Origin: an uncultured Bacilli bacterium
GTDB lineage: Bacteria; Bacillota_I; Bacilli_A; RF39; UBA660
Assembly: GCA_947598485.1 (NCBI GenBank)
Contig: CANQFJ010000002.1
Location: 12,065-76,064, forward strand
Direction: 5' to 3'
Length of the DNA stretch: 64,000 nt
Positions 45,671 through 56,461 of the stretch are shown one piece after another (the first letter of the stretch is position 1; every line of letters begins with the position of its first letter). Below the pieces are notes generated by a model that saw only the letters and a list, made by a program, of their open reading frames with translations, had not been told where the DNA came from and made no database searches. The position numbers were made by a program, and so were the translations under genes.

Positions 45671-46348
45671 ATGTCAGATGGTATGGAATTAATATTAATT
45701 TTAGTAATTATCTTATTACCTTTAATTGCCCAAGTTTATGTTTCAACATCATTTGGTAAATATAATAAAGTAGGTAATAAGAAGAAAATAACAGGTCAAG
45801 AAGTTGCTAGAAAAATTCTTGATAAGCATGGACTTGAAAAAGTATATGTTGTAGCAATTGATGGAAATCTAACCGATCATTATGATCCTAAAAGAAAGGT
45901 TGTAAGACTTTCAAAAGCTGTTTATGAAGGAACAAGTGTATCTGCTTTAGCTGTAGCGGCCCATGAGTGTGGTCATGCTATTCAAGATAAAGAAGGCTAT
46001 GCTTATATGCGTTTTAGAAGTCTTATTTATCCTCCGGTTAGAATAGCTACTTCAGTTTCATATTGGATTATTTTATTAGGCTTTTTATTTGAACTTTTAG
46101 ATTTAGTTTATTTAGGCATTGCTCTTACATGTTTTGGCTTATTATTTCAAATTGTAACGCTTCCCGTAGAGTTTAATGCTTCATCTAGGGCTAAAAAAGA
46201 ACTTGATGAGCTATCTTTGGTTGATACTGATGAAGCAAATGGTGTTAGTACCGTTTTAAGAAGTGCTGCTTTAACATATGTTGCTGGCGTTCTTGCTAGT
46301 GCTCTTCAAGTACTAAGATTAATTTTAATTGCCAATAATAGGGATTAA
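45671..46348 (+). CDS. YugP-family membrane Zn-metallopeptidase
   Basis: It has an N-terminal TM helix, the HExxH motif AAHECGHAIQD, and C-terminal TM helices. Confidence 0.75.
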   Translation: MSDGMELILILVIILLPLIAQVYVSTSFGKYNKVGNKKKITGQEVARKILDKHGLEKVYVVAIDGNLTDHYDPKRKVVRLSKAVYEGTSVSALAVAAHECGHAIQDKEGYAYMRFRSLIYPPVRIATSVSYWIILLGFLFELLDLVYLGIALTCFGLLFQIVTLPVEFNASSRAKKELDELSLVDTDEANGVSTVLRSAALTYVAGVLASALQVLRLILIANNRD

Positions 46349-47409
46349 TGGAAAAAATATATCGCCAAACTTATGCCGAAATTAATCTTAGCAATTTAGA
46401 TTATAATATTAAACTATTAATTGAAAATGCTAAAGATTATAAATATCATATAGCAGCAGTTAAAGCGGATTGTTATGGCCATCATGGTTATCCTGTAGTA
46501 AAGCAAATGCTTGCTTCAGGTATAAACTTTTTGGCTGTATCTTCTTTAGAGGAAGCTTTAGAAATAAGAAATAATAATAAAGAAATACCTATCCTATGTT
46601 TAGGTATTGTTATGCCAGAATTTATAAATGAATGCCTAAAAAATAAAATTGCCGTAACTATAAGCAGTGCTGAGTATGCTGAAACTATTAGTAAAATGGC
46701 TATTAAAGATTTAATTGTTCATTTTAAGGTAAATACAGGAATGAATAGACTAGGTATTAGTAGTCCTGAGGATTTACTAAAAGCCTATAATTTACTCAAA
46801 GATAAAGCCATTATCGAAGGAATATATACGCATATGTACATTGCTCATGATAAAGATAAAACTAATGAGCAAATTCAAGAATTTGAAAGAATTACCCAAA
46901 ATATCAACTTAAAAGAAATACCTATCATTCATTTTGGAGGTAGTGAATATTCCTTAAACTATCCTAAACTTAATTACGTAAATGGAGTAAGATATGGTCT
47001 TGCAATGTATGGCCTTGTTGATTGCCATTTACCATTTAAATCTACTTTTAGTGTTTATTCTCATGTTTATCAAATTAATAACATTGATAAAGGTACTTTA
47101 GGCTATGATGGGGAATATGAAATAAATGAGCCTACCAAGATTGCGGTTGTTCCTATTGGCTATGCTGATGGCATATTAAGGTGCAACACAGGTCGTTATG
47201 TTTATATTAATGATAAAAAATATCCTATTGTAGGTAAAGTATGTATGGATATGTTATTTGTTAAGATTGATGATAGTGTAAAACTAAATGATAAGGTGGC
47301 TATTATTAAAGATAATGAACATATTAAATATATTGCACAGTATACTCATACCAATAATCATGAGATACTTTGCTTAATATCTAAAAGAGTTCCAAGAGTT
47401 TATATTTAA
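46348..47409 (+). CDS. alr: Alanine racemase
   Basis: The PLP-binding motif is AAVKADCYGHHG. It is 353 aa long and its start overlaps the stop of the previous gene. Confidence 0.85.
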   Translation: MEKIYRQTYAEINLSNLDYNIKLLIENAKDYKYHIAAVKADCYGHHGYPVVKQMLASGINFLAVSSLEEALEIRNNNKEIPILCLGIVMPEFINECLKNKIAVTISSAEYAETISKMAIKDLIVHFKVNTGMNRLGISSPEDLLKAYNLLKDKAIIEGIYTHMYIAHDKDKTNEQIQEFERITQNINLKEIPIIHFGGSEYSLNYPKLNYVNGVRYGLAMYGLVDCHLPFKSTFSVYSHVYQINNIDKGTLGYDGEYEINEPTKIAVVPIGYADGILRCNTGRYVYINDKKYPIVGKVCMDMLFVKIDDSVKLNDKVAIIKDNEHIKYIAQYTHTNNHEILCLISKRVPRVYI

Positions 47410-47410
47410 G

Positions 47411-47439
47411 CTATAAATAACGATATTTATAGTTTTTTT
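47411..47439 (+). terminator. Intrinsic terminator after alr
   Basis: CTATAAATA-ACGA-TATTTATAG forms a perfect 9-bp stem and is followed by TTTTTTT. Confidence 0.55.
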
Positions 47440-47486
47440 ATGTCTCAATTATGTTATAATTTGTAATAAGAATAGGAGACTTTATA

Positions 47487-48080
47487 ATGAAAAAAGCAAA
47501 TAATAAAAAGCATAATTTGAACTATAAAAAAATATTTAAAATTATTTTAATTATACTTGGTGTATTTTGCCTAGTTACTGCCCTTGATTGTGGACAAGCT
47601 TTATTATTTAATAACAATTTAATATTTAGTATAAAATGGAATGAGGAAAAATCAGATTCAGTTATCTTTTCTAATCTTTTTTTATCATCTTATAATTATT
47701 GTGATGGAACAAGAGAAATAAAAAGTCCATATGTAGTATCTTTAGGATCTGGCCATGGAGGATGCAATTTTAAAGATGAAATTGAGAAAATGGTTAAGGA
47801 GAATAATGTAGATACATATCCTGATGGTTTTTATGCTACTGCTTCCATAGTCGAAGATTTATATAATAATGGTGCTTTTGATGAAGCATCATCATATACT
47901 TCAGCACTTATAATAGAAAAAGTAACAGGATGTAATGTAGCAAAAGAATTTAATACAACATGGGAAACTGCTGAAGAATTTTATAAATTATGGCGTAAAA
48001 GTGAATGTCGAAAAGAAAACTATGAAAAGTATCATCTTAAAAAAGGACGATTTGAAGACTTTAGTTTTACTAGGAAGTAA
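47487..48080 (+). CDS. Hypothetical N-terminally membrane-anchored protein; paralogous to the gene at 59449
   Basis: After the TM helix the segment DCGQALLFNNNLIF...YNYCDGTREIKSPY aligns with the 59449 protein. I recognise no known domain. Confidence 0.5.
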   Translation: MKKANNKKHNLNYKKIFKIILIILGVFCLVTALDCGQALLFNNNLIFSIKWNEEKSDSVIFSNLFLSSYNYCDGTREIKSPYVVSLGSGHGGCNFKDEIEKMVKENNVDTYPDGFYATASIVEDLYNNGAFDEASSYTSALIIEKVTGCNVAKEFNTTWETAEEFYKLWRKSECRKENYEKYHLKKGRFEDFSFTRK

Positions 48081-48167
48081 ATTTATTATATTAGTAAATC
48101 AATGATTTCAACTTCATTAATTTACTTGTCCGTGTTATAATTATTTAAGATAAAGGGGCTAGATAAG

Positions 48168-50555
48168 ATGCTATATTTAACAAAAGAAAAAGATCAAGAG
48201 AAATTATTTCAAAAAATGGATAAATACTTTAGAGCGGCGAATTATATCGCAGCTTGTCAATTATATCTTCTTGATAATCCACTTTTAAAAAGAAAACTTA
48301 CTTTTGATGATGTTAAAAAGAAGATTGTAGGACACTGGGGTACTGTTCCTGGCCAAAATTTTATTTATGTTCATTTAAATCGTTTAATTAAAGAAAATAA
48401 CTTAAATATGATTTATATATCTGGCCCAGGTCATGGAGGAAATGCTCCTTTAGCTAATGTTTATCTCGAAGGAACATATAGTGAAAAGTATCCTAATATT
48501 ACGGAAGATGAAGAAGGGCTAAAAAAATTATTTAAACAATTTAGCTTTCCGGGCGGAACATCCTCCCATGTAGCACCCGAAGTTCCTGGTTCTATAAATG
48601 AAGGTGGAGAACTTGGCTATAGTCTTGCGCATGCTTTTGGTGCTGTTTTAGATAATCCTAGTTTAATCGCGGCTTGTGTAGTTGGTGATGGCGAAGCTGA
48701 AACTGGCCCTCTTGCAACTTCATGGCGGATAAATAAATTTATAAATCCTGAAAAAGATGGAGTAGTACTTCCTATTTTACATTTAAATGGTTATAAGATA
48801 GCTAATCCTACTGTGCTTGCCCGAATTTCCCACGAAGAGCTAAAAAGCTATTTCGAGGGTCTAGGATGGCATCCATACTTTGTCGAGGGAACTGATCCAA
48901 TGACTATGCATAGTAAGATGGCTAAAGCATTAGATCAAGTACTATTAGAAATAAATATTATTAAAAAATATTCTGGTGAGAGAAATTTAACTAACATAAA
49001 GTGGCCAATGATTATTCTTAGAACTCCTAAAGGATGGACAGGGCCTAAAGAATTTGACCGTAAAAAGATTGAAGATACCTTTAGAGCTCATCAAGTCCCT
49101 ATAACGATTGAAAATAAAAAAGAAAATCTTGAGTGTCTAGAAAATTGGCTTAGAAGTTATCATCCCGAAGAGTTATTTGATGAAAAGGGAAGACTTCTTC
49201 CTGAACTTAAAGAGCTTGCTCCTAAGGGTAACCTTAGAATGGGATCAAATCCTCATGCCAATGGTGGATTACTTCTTAAAGAATTAAAAATACCTGATTT
49301 TAGAAACTATGCAGTTGAAGTTAAGTTCCCTGGCAGTGAACAAAAAAGCGATATGACGGAATTAGGCAGATTTATAAGAGATATTATGAAAGCTAATAAA
49401 GATGAAGCCAATTTCCGTATATTTGGACCAGATGAAGCTTTATCTAACCGTTTAAATTATGTTTTTGATGATGAGAATAGATGTTGGGATGCCTTTACTT
49501 ATGATGGCGATGAATACCTATCTAAAAATGGCCGAATATTCGATTCTTATTTATCTGAACATGTTTGCGAAGGTGCTTTAGAAGGCTACTTACTAACGGG
49601 AAGACACGGCTTTATGCATAGTTATGAGGCCTTTATTAGAATTGTTGATTCTATGACAAGTCAGCATGCCAAATGGTTAAAGATTACTAAAGCTTTACCT
49701 TGGCGAGCCGATATAGCATCACTAAATTATATTTTAACTTCTCATGTATGGCAACAAGATCATAATGGTTATACTCATCAAGATCCAGGTTTTTTAAATC
49801 ACTTAGTAACTAAGAAAGCGGATATTGTCAGAATGTATTTACCCGCGGATGCTAACTGTTTACTTTCTTGTTTTGATCATTGTATAAAAACTAAAAACTA
49901 TATTAATGTCATAGTAGCTTCTAAACATTTAAGGCCGCAATGGCTTTCTATGGATGAAGCCGTTAAACATTGTACGAACGGAATAGGCATATGGGATTTT
50001 GCTAGTAATGATCAAGATAGTGAACCTGATGTTGTTATGGCCTGCTGTGGGGATACACCAACCTTAGAAACTTTGGCAGCCGTATCTATTTTACGTAACA
50101 ATTTACCAGAACTTAAAATAAGAGTTGTAAATGTTGTTGATTTAATGCGTCTAGAATCTAATACTAAGCATCCTCATGGTCTTGATGATAATGATTATGA
50201 TGCCTTATTTACTAAAGATAAACCAATTGTATTTGCTTTCCATGGTTATGCATCACTCATTCATGAATTAACATATAATAGACACAATTTAAATTTACAT
50301 GTTCATGGTTATATTGAAGAGGGCTCTATTACAACACCATTTGATATGCGTGTTCAAAATAAAATTGATAGATATCATTTAGTTCAAGATGCTCTTAAAT
50401 ATATTCCTGATTTAGGCAATAAAGGAGCAAGACTTTATGAATGGTGTAAAAATAAAATAGTAGAACATAATATGTACATACGAGAGTATGGCGTAGATAT
50501 GCCTGAGGTTGAAAACTGGAACTGGCAAGATGCGATGAAAAATGCTCAGAAATAG
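48168..50555 (+). CDS. xfp: Xylulose-5-phosphate/fructose-6-phosphate phosphoketolase
   Basis: It has the N-terminal signature [20 protein letters not shown] and thiamine-diphosphate motifs. Its 795-aa length is typical of Xfp. Confidence 0.9.
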   Translation: MLYLTKEKDQEKLFQKMDKYFRAANYIAACQLYLLDNPLLKRKLTFDDVKKKIVGHWGTVPGQNFIYVHLNRLIKENNLNMIYISGPGHGGNAPLANVYLEGTYSEKYPNITEDEEGLKKLFKQFSFPGGTSSHVAPEVPGSINEGGELGYSLAHAFGAVLDNPSLIAACVVGDGEAETGPLATSWRINKFINPEKDGVVLPILHLNGYKIANPTVLARISHEELKSYFEGLGWHPYFVEGTDPMTMHSKMAKALDQVLLEINIIKKYSGERNLTNIKWPMIILRTPKGWTGPKEFDRKKIEDTFRAHQVPITIENKKENLECLENWLRSYHPEELFDEKGRLLPELKELAPKGNLRMGSNPHANGGLLLKELKIPDFRNYAVEVKFPGSEQKSDMTELGRFIRDIMKANKDEANFRIFGPDEALSNRLNYVFDDENRCWDAFTYDGDEYLSKNGRIFDSYLSEHVCEGALEGYLLTGRHGFMHSYEAFIRIVDSMTSQHAKWLKITKALPWRADIASLNYILTSHVWQQDHNGYTHQDPGFLNHLVTKKADIVRMYLPADANCLLSCFDHCIKTKNYINVIVASKHLRPQWLSMDEAVKHCTNGIGIWDFASNDQDSEPDVVMACCGDTPTLETLAAVSILRNNLPELKIRVVNVVDLMRLESNTKHPHGLDDNDYDALFTKDKPIVFAFHGYASLIHELTYNRHNLNLHVHGYIEEGSITTPFDMRVQNKIDRYHLVQDALKYIPDLGNKGARLYEWCKNKIVEHNMYIREYGVDMPEVENWNWQDAMKNAQK

Positions 50556-50580
50556 GAAGTATTATCTTCCTTTTTCTTTT
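50554..50580 (+). terminator. Intrinsic terminator after xfp
   Basis: AGGAAG-TATTAT-CTTCCT is followed by TTTTCTTTT. Confidence 0.45.
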
Positions 50581-50611
50581 GCCATGATATAATATTTACT
50601 GAGGTGTTAAT

Positions 50612-51019
50612 ATGATAGAAGTCGTAGGTACTATGTTTTTTAAAGATAATAAATTATTAATTGATAAACCAAGAAAAAGACCAACTTATCAAATGGTTGG
50701 AGGTTCTGTAGAAGAAGGGGAAACGCCTTTACAGGCTGCGATAAGGGAAGTAGGAGAAGAACTTGGCTCAAAGGCTATATTTGATGAAAGCTTATTTGAA
50801 AAAATCATGGAATTTGATGAAATAGCTACATCAGATCCTAATAAGAAAATTCATTTTCATGTTTTTAAATATAATGGTGCTTTAAAAGGAGAACTTACAA
50901 CTTCAGAAGAAATCGGCGATTTTCTTTGGTATGATTCAACCCTTGGAAGCGATATATTATCTAATACTTTAAAAAATGAAGTAGTCCCATATTGTCTTAA
51001 AAATAATTTAATAAAGTAG
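50612..51019 (+). CDS. NUDIX hydrolase
   Basis: The Nudix box is GGSVEEGETPLQAAIREVGEELG. Confidence 0.8.
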   Translation: MIEVVGTMFFKDNKLLIDKPRKRPTYQMVGGSVEEGETPLQAAIREVGEELGSKAIFDESLFEKIMEFDEIATSDPNKKIHFHVFKYNGALKGELTTSEEIGDFLWYDSTLGSDILSNTLKNEVVPYCLKNNLIK

Positions 51020-51026
51020 GTGTAAG

Positions 51027-51914
51027 ATGGAAAACTTTAATGACATCATAACGGAAGCTTGCCAAAAAAGAGGCATCAAAATTGATATTGTGTCTGATGG
51101 TTGGGTAAAGATTTTGCAAAAAGATGGCAAAACACGTTTTATATCGCAATTTTATTTTGACAATAATCGATGTGGGGTAGCAAGAATTCTTGATGAAAAG
51201 TATGCTTTGTATGAAACTTTAAAATACTTTAATATTCCCGTAGCTAAACATCATTTACTATATGCAAGTACTCCTAAAGAAGATGTTCTAAAATTATTTC
51301 ATAAATATAATGATAATGTAGTTGTAAAGCCTAATATAGGAAGTCAAGGAAGAGGCGTTTATAATGCTCAAAACGAAGAAGAATTATTTACTAAAATGGA
51401 TGAACTATTTGCAAATAATCCTTCCATAAGTTTATGCCCTTGCTATGACATTGATATGGAATATCGCGTAATTATTTTAAATGGGAATCCCGAGCTTATA
51501 TATGGTAAAATCAAACCTATTGTCACGGGTGATGGTCAAAAGACTATAAAAGAGTTACTATTAGATTTTAATAATCACTATTTTATAGATAAAGATTTAC
51601 CAAATGATATTCTTCCTAAAGGCGAAAAATATGTTTATAATTGGAAGTTTAATCTTTCCCGGGGAGCCATATCCACTTTAGATATACCTGAAAGCAAAAA
51701 AGCAAAGTTAAAAGATATTGCTAAAATGGTTTATGATAAGTTAAATATTGCTTTTTGTAGCATAGATATTATTGAAACCAAAGGTGAATTTATGGTTTTA
51801 GAAATAAATTCGGGTATTGCCATTGATAAATTTACTTATCAACATGAAAATGGTCGAAAAATAGCTTTGGACGTTTATGGCAAAGCTATAGATGCATTAT
51901 TTAATAATGAATAA
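51027..51914 (+). CDS. ATP-grasp family protein (RimK/ligase-like); substrate unknown
   Basis: The ATP-grasp core includes VVVKPNIGSQGRGVY...VLEINSG. Confidence 0.55.
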   Translation: MENFNDIITEACQKRGIKIDIVSDGWVKILQKDGKTRFISQFYFDNNRCGVARILDEKYALYETLKYFNIPVAKHHLLYASTPKEDVLKLFHKYNDNVVVKPNIGSQGRGVYNAQNEEELFTKMDELFANNPSISLCPCYDIDMEYRVIILNGNPELIYGKIKPIVTGDGQKTIKELLLDFNNHYFIDKDLPNDILPKGEKYVYNWKFNLSRGAISTLDIPESKKAKLKDIAKMVYDKLNIAFCSIDIIETKGEFMVLEINSGIAIDKFTYQHENGRKIALDVYGKAIDALFNNE

Positions 51915-51958
51915 ATTAAAAAAATAGGTTATAATATAATTATTATTAAGGAGACATA

Positions 51959-53701
51959 ATGAATAAAATAAAAGACTTATTAAAAGTTTTTACTAAGGAT
52001 AAATGTCCTTGGGAGAAATTTTATGATAAAGATGAAAGGGATGTAACGGTCCCTGATATGTCACTTTTTGAATATCTTTATGAGTGCAATAAAGATCATA
52101 TGAACTTAGTTGCTCTTAACTATTTTAATAAAAAGATGACTTATAAAGAATTATTTAATCAAATAGATTTATGTGCAAGAGCTCTTCGGAGCCAAGGCAT
52201 AAGACCAGGTGATGTTGTAACAATATGTATGCCTAATACTCCTGAGGCGGTAATAAGTTTTTATGCTGTTAATAAAATTGGAGCTATAGCTAATATGATT
52301 CACCCTTTATCAGCCGAAGAAGAGATTAAACAATCTTTATTAGCTACAAAAAGTGTAATGCTTATAGCCATCAATTTAGCATATTCTAAAATTGAGAATA
52401 TCATTGGCCAAACGCAAGTATATAAGGTAATCATTATTTCAGCTGCTGACTCCATGCCTAAGGGATTAAAACTCGGCTATAATCTTACGCAAGGAAGAAA
52501 AATCTTAACTCCTAAAAAAAGCGAAAAATTCTTATATTGGCATGAATTTATGGAAAAGGGTAAGAAATATTATGAAGATGTTTTAGTTAAAACAACTAAA
52601 GATCAAGATGCGGTTATTCTACATAGTGGAGGTACAACGGGAACACCAAAGAATATTGTCTTAACCAATGGTAATATTAACGTTGTTGTCGAGCAAGGTC
52701 ATGTTATATTCCCTGATGTTAATACTGAAGATGTCGCTTTACTTATTCTGCCATTGTTCCATTGCTTTGGTTTAGTAGCTACAATGCACTGTCCTTTATG
52801 TTTTGGAGCAAGTGTCGTTTTAATCCCTCAATTTGATGCTCGTAAATTTGATAAGCTTATAACTAAATATCATCCCACTTATATATCTGGCGTACCAACC
52901 TTATATGAAGCTTTAGTTTCTAATAAAAAGATGGCTAATGTTGATTTATCCTTTGTTAAGAATATTTATTCGGCAGGGGATTCTCTTAACCCTGAAAAGC
53001 AAGCTAAGATTAATAATTTCTTAAAAGAACATAATTGTCAAAAGGAAATTATGCAAGGTTATGGTATGACGGAAACTTCAGGTCCTGTTTGCTTTGGTTC
53101 CCATGGCTCTGGCCTTCCTGGCAGTATTGGTATACCTCTTCCAGGAGACATTATTAAGATTGTTGATGTTAATACTAAGGAAGAACTTCCCTACGGTGAA
53201 GTCGGAGAAATATTAGTCACTGGTCCTACCGTTATGAAAGGCTACCTTGATAATGAAAAAGAAACTAATGAAGTATTAGAAAAAGATGAAAAAGGTCGTA
53301 TTTGGGTTCATACAGGTGATCTTGCTTATATGACAGAAGATGGAGTAGTATTCTTTGCCCAAAGACTTAAAAGAATGCTTATTGTATCTGGCTATAATGT
53401 ATATCCATCCCATATAGAAGAAGTTTTACTAAAACATCCTGACGTTTTAAATTGTGGGGTAATTGGTATACCTCATCCTTACAAAGTTCAGGTTCCTAAA
53501 GCTTATATTGTTTTAAAGCCTGAGGTTAAAGTAACTCCTAAGGTTAAAAGTGATATTAAAGAATATTGTGAAAAAAATCTAGCGCGATATATGCTACCTA
53601 AAGAATATGTGTTTAAAGAGTCTCTTCCTAAAACTATGATTGGCAAAGTGGATTATCGTGAACTAGAAAAAGAAAATGAACAAGAAAAAAATAACGAATA
53701 A
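51959..53701 (+). CDS. AMP-dependent synthetase/ligase (acyl-CoA synthetase family)
   Basis: AMP-binding motif I is LHSGGTTGTPKNIV and motif II is GYGMTETSG. The conserved C-terminal Lys region is also present. Confidence 0.85.
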   Translation: MNKIKDLLKVFTKDKCPWEKFYDKDERDVTVPDMSLFEYLYECNKDHMNLVALNYFNKKMTYKELFNQIDLCARALRSQGIRPGDVVTICMPNTPEAVISFYAVNKIGAIANMIHPLSAEEEIKQSLLATKSVMLIAINLAYSKIENIIGQTQVYKVIIISAADSMPKGLKLGYNLTQGRKILTPKKSEKFLYWHEFMEKGKKYYEDVLVKTTKDQDAVILHSGGTTGTPKNIVLTNGNINVVVEQGHVIFPDVNTEDVALLILPLFHCFGLVATMHCPLCFGASVVLIPQFDARKFDKLITKYHPTYISGVPTLYEALVSNKKMANVDLSFVKNIYSAGDSLNPEKQAKINNFLKEHNCQKEIMQGYGMTETSGPVCFGSHGSGLPGSIGIPLPGDIIKIVDVNTKEELPYGEVGEILVTGPTVMKGYLDNEKETNEVLEKDEKGRIWVHTGDLAYMTEDGVVFFAQRLKRMLIVSGYNVYPSHIEEVLLKHPDVLNCGVIGIPHPYKVQVPKAYIVLKPEVKVTPKVKSDIKEYCEKNLARYMLPKEYVFKESLPKTMIGKVDYRELEKENEQEKNNE

Positions 53702-53746
53702 AATGGCTACAATTGTAGTCTTTTTATTTGCTATAAAATTTACTTT

Positions 53747-54997
53747 TTGGTCTTTTTGTATTATGATAGTGTCATGAATATGGATAATAGAATAAAAAAG
53801 ATATTATTTCTCTTACTATTGTTATTGCCCTTTAATGTAGTAGCCTTAGAACCTACAGGTATGCATTTTCAAAAGGCAATTGTCTATGATATGACAGATG
53901 ATGTTGTTAGGTATGATTTGGATGGTGATAAAAGAGCCTCAATTGCTTCCCTAACGAAGATAATGACAACTATTATCTCGATTGAACATATTAAAGATTT
54001 TAATGAAAAGGTAACTTATACGGCAAATATGGCTTCTGAGGTAGATGAAGAAGCTTCTATTGCAGGCCTCGAAGTTGGCGAGAGTTATACTTATGATGAT
54101 TTAATATATGCCTCTATATTACCTTCCGGAGCTGATGCAACCACAGCTTTAGCGTTTTCTTTATATGGCTCTATAGATAACTTTGTCAATGAAATGAATA
54201 ACTATGCCCAAAAGTTAGAAATGAATGATACTCATTTTGTTAATGTAACAGGCATGGAAATCGAAGGGCATTATAGTACTTGTGAAGATCTTATAAAGCT
54301 TTTAAAATATGCTCTTAGTAATCCTAAATTTAAAAATGTTTATACTACCAAAAGATATACATTAACAAATGGCCTTACTGTCCAAAGTACAGTTCTTGCT
54401 TATTCGGGTGGTAATGATACTACAAGAATATTGGGTAGTAAAACAGGCTTTACATATAATGCCGGAAGGTGTATATCTATTTACTTTATTTCTAATAATC
54501 ATGAGTATATAGCTGTTACTTTAGGAGCTCCAGGTTCATCAAGTACTATCCATGTAACTGATGCTTTAGGCTTAATCACTTTTTATGATAATAATTATGC
54601 GCAAATAAAAATATCGAAAAAAGGTGATGTTGTAAAAGAAGTCCCTGTTGAAAATAGTAATGTCAAAATGTATAAAGTAACAAGTAAAAGTGATGTTACT
54701 GAATATCTTGAGGTTGATTATGATAAAGATAAAGTTGAAGTTGAATATGTTGGGGAAGAGAAATTAAATTTCTTAGATAAAAAAGGTTCTAATATAGGTA
54801 AAGTTAATTATTATTATGATGGTAAATTACTAGCAAGTGAGGATGTTACTCTTGATATTGTAATAAAGCCAAATATCCTGAAGTTAGCAGTTTCTTATTG
54901 GTACGTTGTTCTACTAGCTCTTTTATTTATATTGTTTTTGGCTAAAATAATTAGAAAAAAGCTAAGAAGAAAAAGACATAAAAAAGCCTATATGTAA
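53747..54997 (+). CDS. Serine-type D-alanyl-D-alanine carboxypeptidase (PBP5/DacA-like) with a C-terminal membrane anchor
   Basis: It has a signal peptide (more likely starting at the internal Met at 53774-53780), the SxxK motif SIASLTKIM, the motifs LPSGAD and KTGFT (KTG), and a C-terminal TM helix. Confidence 0.75.
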   Translation: MVFLYYDSVMNMDNRIKKILFLLLLLLPFNVVALEPTGMHFQKAIVYDMTDDVVRYDLDGDKRASIASLTKIMTTIISIEHIKDFNEKVTYTANMASEVDEEASIAGLEVGESYTYDDLIYASILPSGADATTALAFSLYGSIDNFVNEMNNYAQKLEMNDTHFVNVTGMEIEGHYSTCEDLIKLLKYALSNPKFKNVYTTKRYTLTNGLTVQSTVLAYSGGNDTTRILGSKTGFTYNAGRCISIYFISNNHEYIAVTLGAPGSSSTIHVTDALGLITFYDNNYAQIKISKKGDVVKEVPVENSNVKMYKVTSKSDVTEYLEVDYDKDKVEVEYVGEEKLNFLDKKGSNIGKVNYYYDGKLLASEDVTLDIVIKPNILKLAVSYWYVVLLALLFILFLAKIIRKKLRRKRHKKAYM

Positions 54998-55072
54998 AGC
55001 TATATGTCAAGCGCCTGCCATATTTACAACAGCGTCAACAGTTATGTTAATATTAAGTAAATAGGAGGACGT

Positions 55073-55537
55073 ATGAAGAAAGTTAATATTATTTTGATAG
55101 TGATTCTTGCTGCTCTTTTAGTTGTAATTGGGTTTCTATTTTATAAGTTTAATTTAGTAAATGATAAGTATCAAGAAAATAAAAATCTATATTGTGTAGT
55201 AACAAACAGCGATAGTGATGATAAAATTGAACTATATTTTGACTTTAAAGATGGTAAAGCATATAGGTATACACAAGTTTTTACTAATGAATTAAATCCT
55301 GATTTTAATTTAGATAGTTATAAACAATTAATTGAAGAAGAAAACGACAATTATAATTGCGTAGTAGCTAAAGTATGGACAGATGATAATAATTATGTAC
55401 TTACAGAAGTATTTGATTTAGATGAGAAAAACAATGATGAATTAAAAGAATTTGGTTTTTCTGACTTTAGTAAAAAGAGTAGAGAAGAATTAATTGAAGC
55501 TATCGAAGTTTATGGTGGCAAGCTAGAATGTAAATAG
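55073..55537 (+). CDS. Hypothetical small membrane-anchored protein
   Basis: An N-terminal TM helix and no recognisable domain. The RBS AGGAGG precedes the start. Confidence 0.5.
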   Translation: MKKVNIILIVILAALLVVIGFLFYKFNLVNDKYQENKNLYCVVTNSDSDDKIELYFDFKDGKAYRYTQVFTNELNPDFNLDSYKQLIEEENDNYNCVVAKVWTDDNNYVLTEVFDLDEKNNDELKEFGFSDFSKKSREELIEAIEVYGGKLECK

Positions 55538-55543
55538 GTAAAA

Positions 55544-55573
55544 ATGCATCCCTAAAAAAGGATGTATTTTTTT
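55544..55573 (+). terminator. Intrinsic terminator
   Basis: ATGCATCC-CTAAAAAA-GGATGTAT is followed by TTTTTTT. Confidence 0.55.
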
Positions 55574-55613
55574 GTTATTTATGGTATTATAGTGCTCATT
55601 AAAGAGGGATTAT

Positions 55614-56429
55614 ATGAAATCATTATACGATTTTGATTTTTTACAAAATGAAGTTTTTTATCGCAGTGAATGTATATTAAAATATTTAGAAAGACATAAA
55701 GATATAAGTGAGCTTGATAGAGAAGCTATCATTAATACGATATTAGATGCTTTAGTTTATAAAGGCTTAATGAATCCTGATACTGAGAGTCTTGATTTTG
55801 AACATCTTTGTATTAGGGATGATTTAGATCATATAAGATATGACAAGACGCCGAATGTAACTAGTATACCTCAAGAAATAAAAGAGGCTATGCGTCATAA
55901 GAGCATAATAATATCAGGAAGTATTCCTATATCAATGTTTTGTGCTAAACCCGCGGGAAAGATTCACACTTGTGTTTATGACATGAATACAGCCGTTAGC
56001 TCTTTATTTCCATCTTTTAAATTTTTACTTTGTGATTATGATTCACCAACAAGACCGGGAGTAAGAGCTACGCAACGGCCATTTGTCGAAGTGATTATAA
56101 ATGGTGAGCCTTATTTAGTAGATACTTTAACTAAACGAATATTTAGATCTTCTTGGTTTAGAACTACATATAATATGACGGTTACTGAAGAAATAGCCTC
56201 TGAAGATTTTGATGAAGAACGCCAAAGAACGTATCAAGAGATAACGGCTCCAAGCCTTCAACTTGCAACATTTTATCATTTAATGGATGCCATGCAAGAT
56301 GCCTTTAAAACAATCCCTAAAATGGAAGAATCTTTATTCGAACAGGAAAAAAGTAAAGAAAATTATCCTGAAGCTGTTGCAGAGATGAATTTTATTACAG
56401 AGGATATGCGAAGACTAGGACTTCTTTAA
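55614..56429 (+). CDS. Hypothetical cytoplasmic protein
   Basis: A 271-aa ORF with normal codon usage and a GAGGGA RBS. I cannot assign a family. Confidence 0.5.
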   Translation: MKSLYDFDFLQNEVFYRSECILKYLERHKDISELDREAIINTILDALVYKGLMNPDTESLDFEHLCIRDDLDHIRYDKTPNVTSIPQEIKEAMRHKSIIISGSIPISMFCAKPAGKIHTCVYDMNTAVSSLFPSFKFLLCDYDSPTRPGVRATQRPFVEVIINGEPYLVDTLTKRIFRSSWFRTTYNMTVTEEIASEDFDEERQRTYQEITAPSLQLATFYHLMDAMQDAFKTIPKMEESLFEQEKSKENYPEAVAEMNFITEDMRRLGLL

Positions 56430-56461
56430 TATAAGTGTTATACTTATATTGAGGTAGTAAA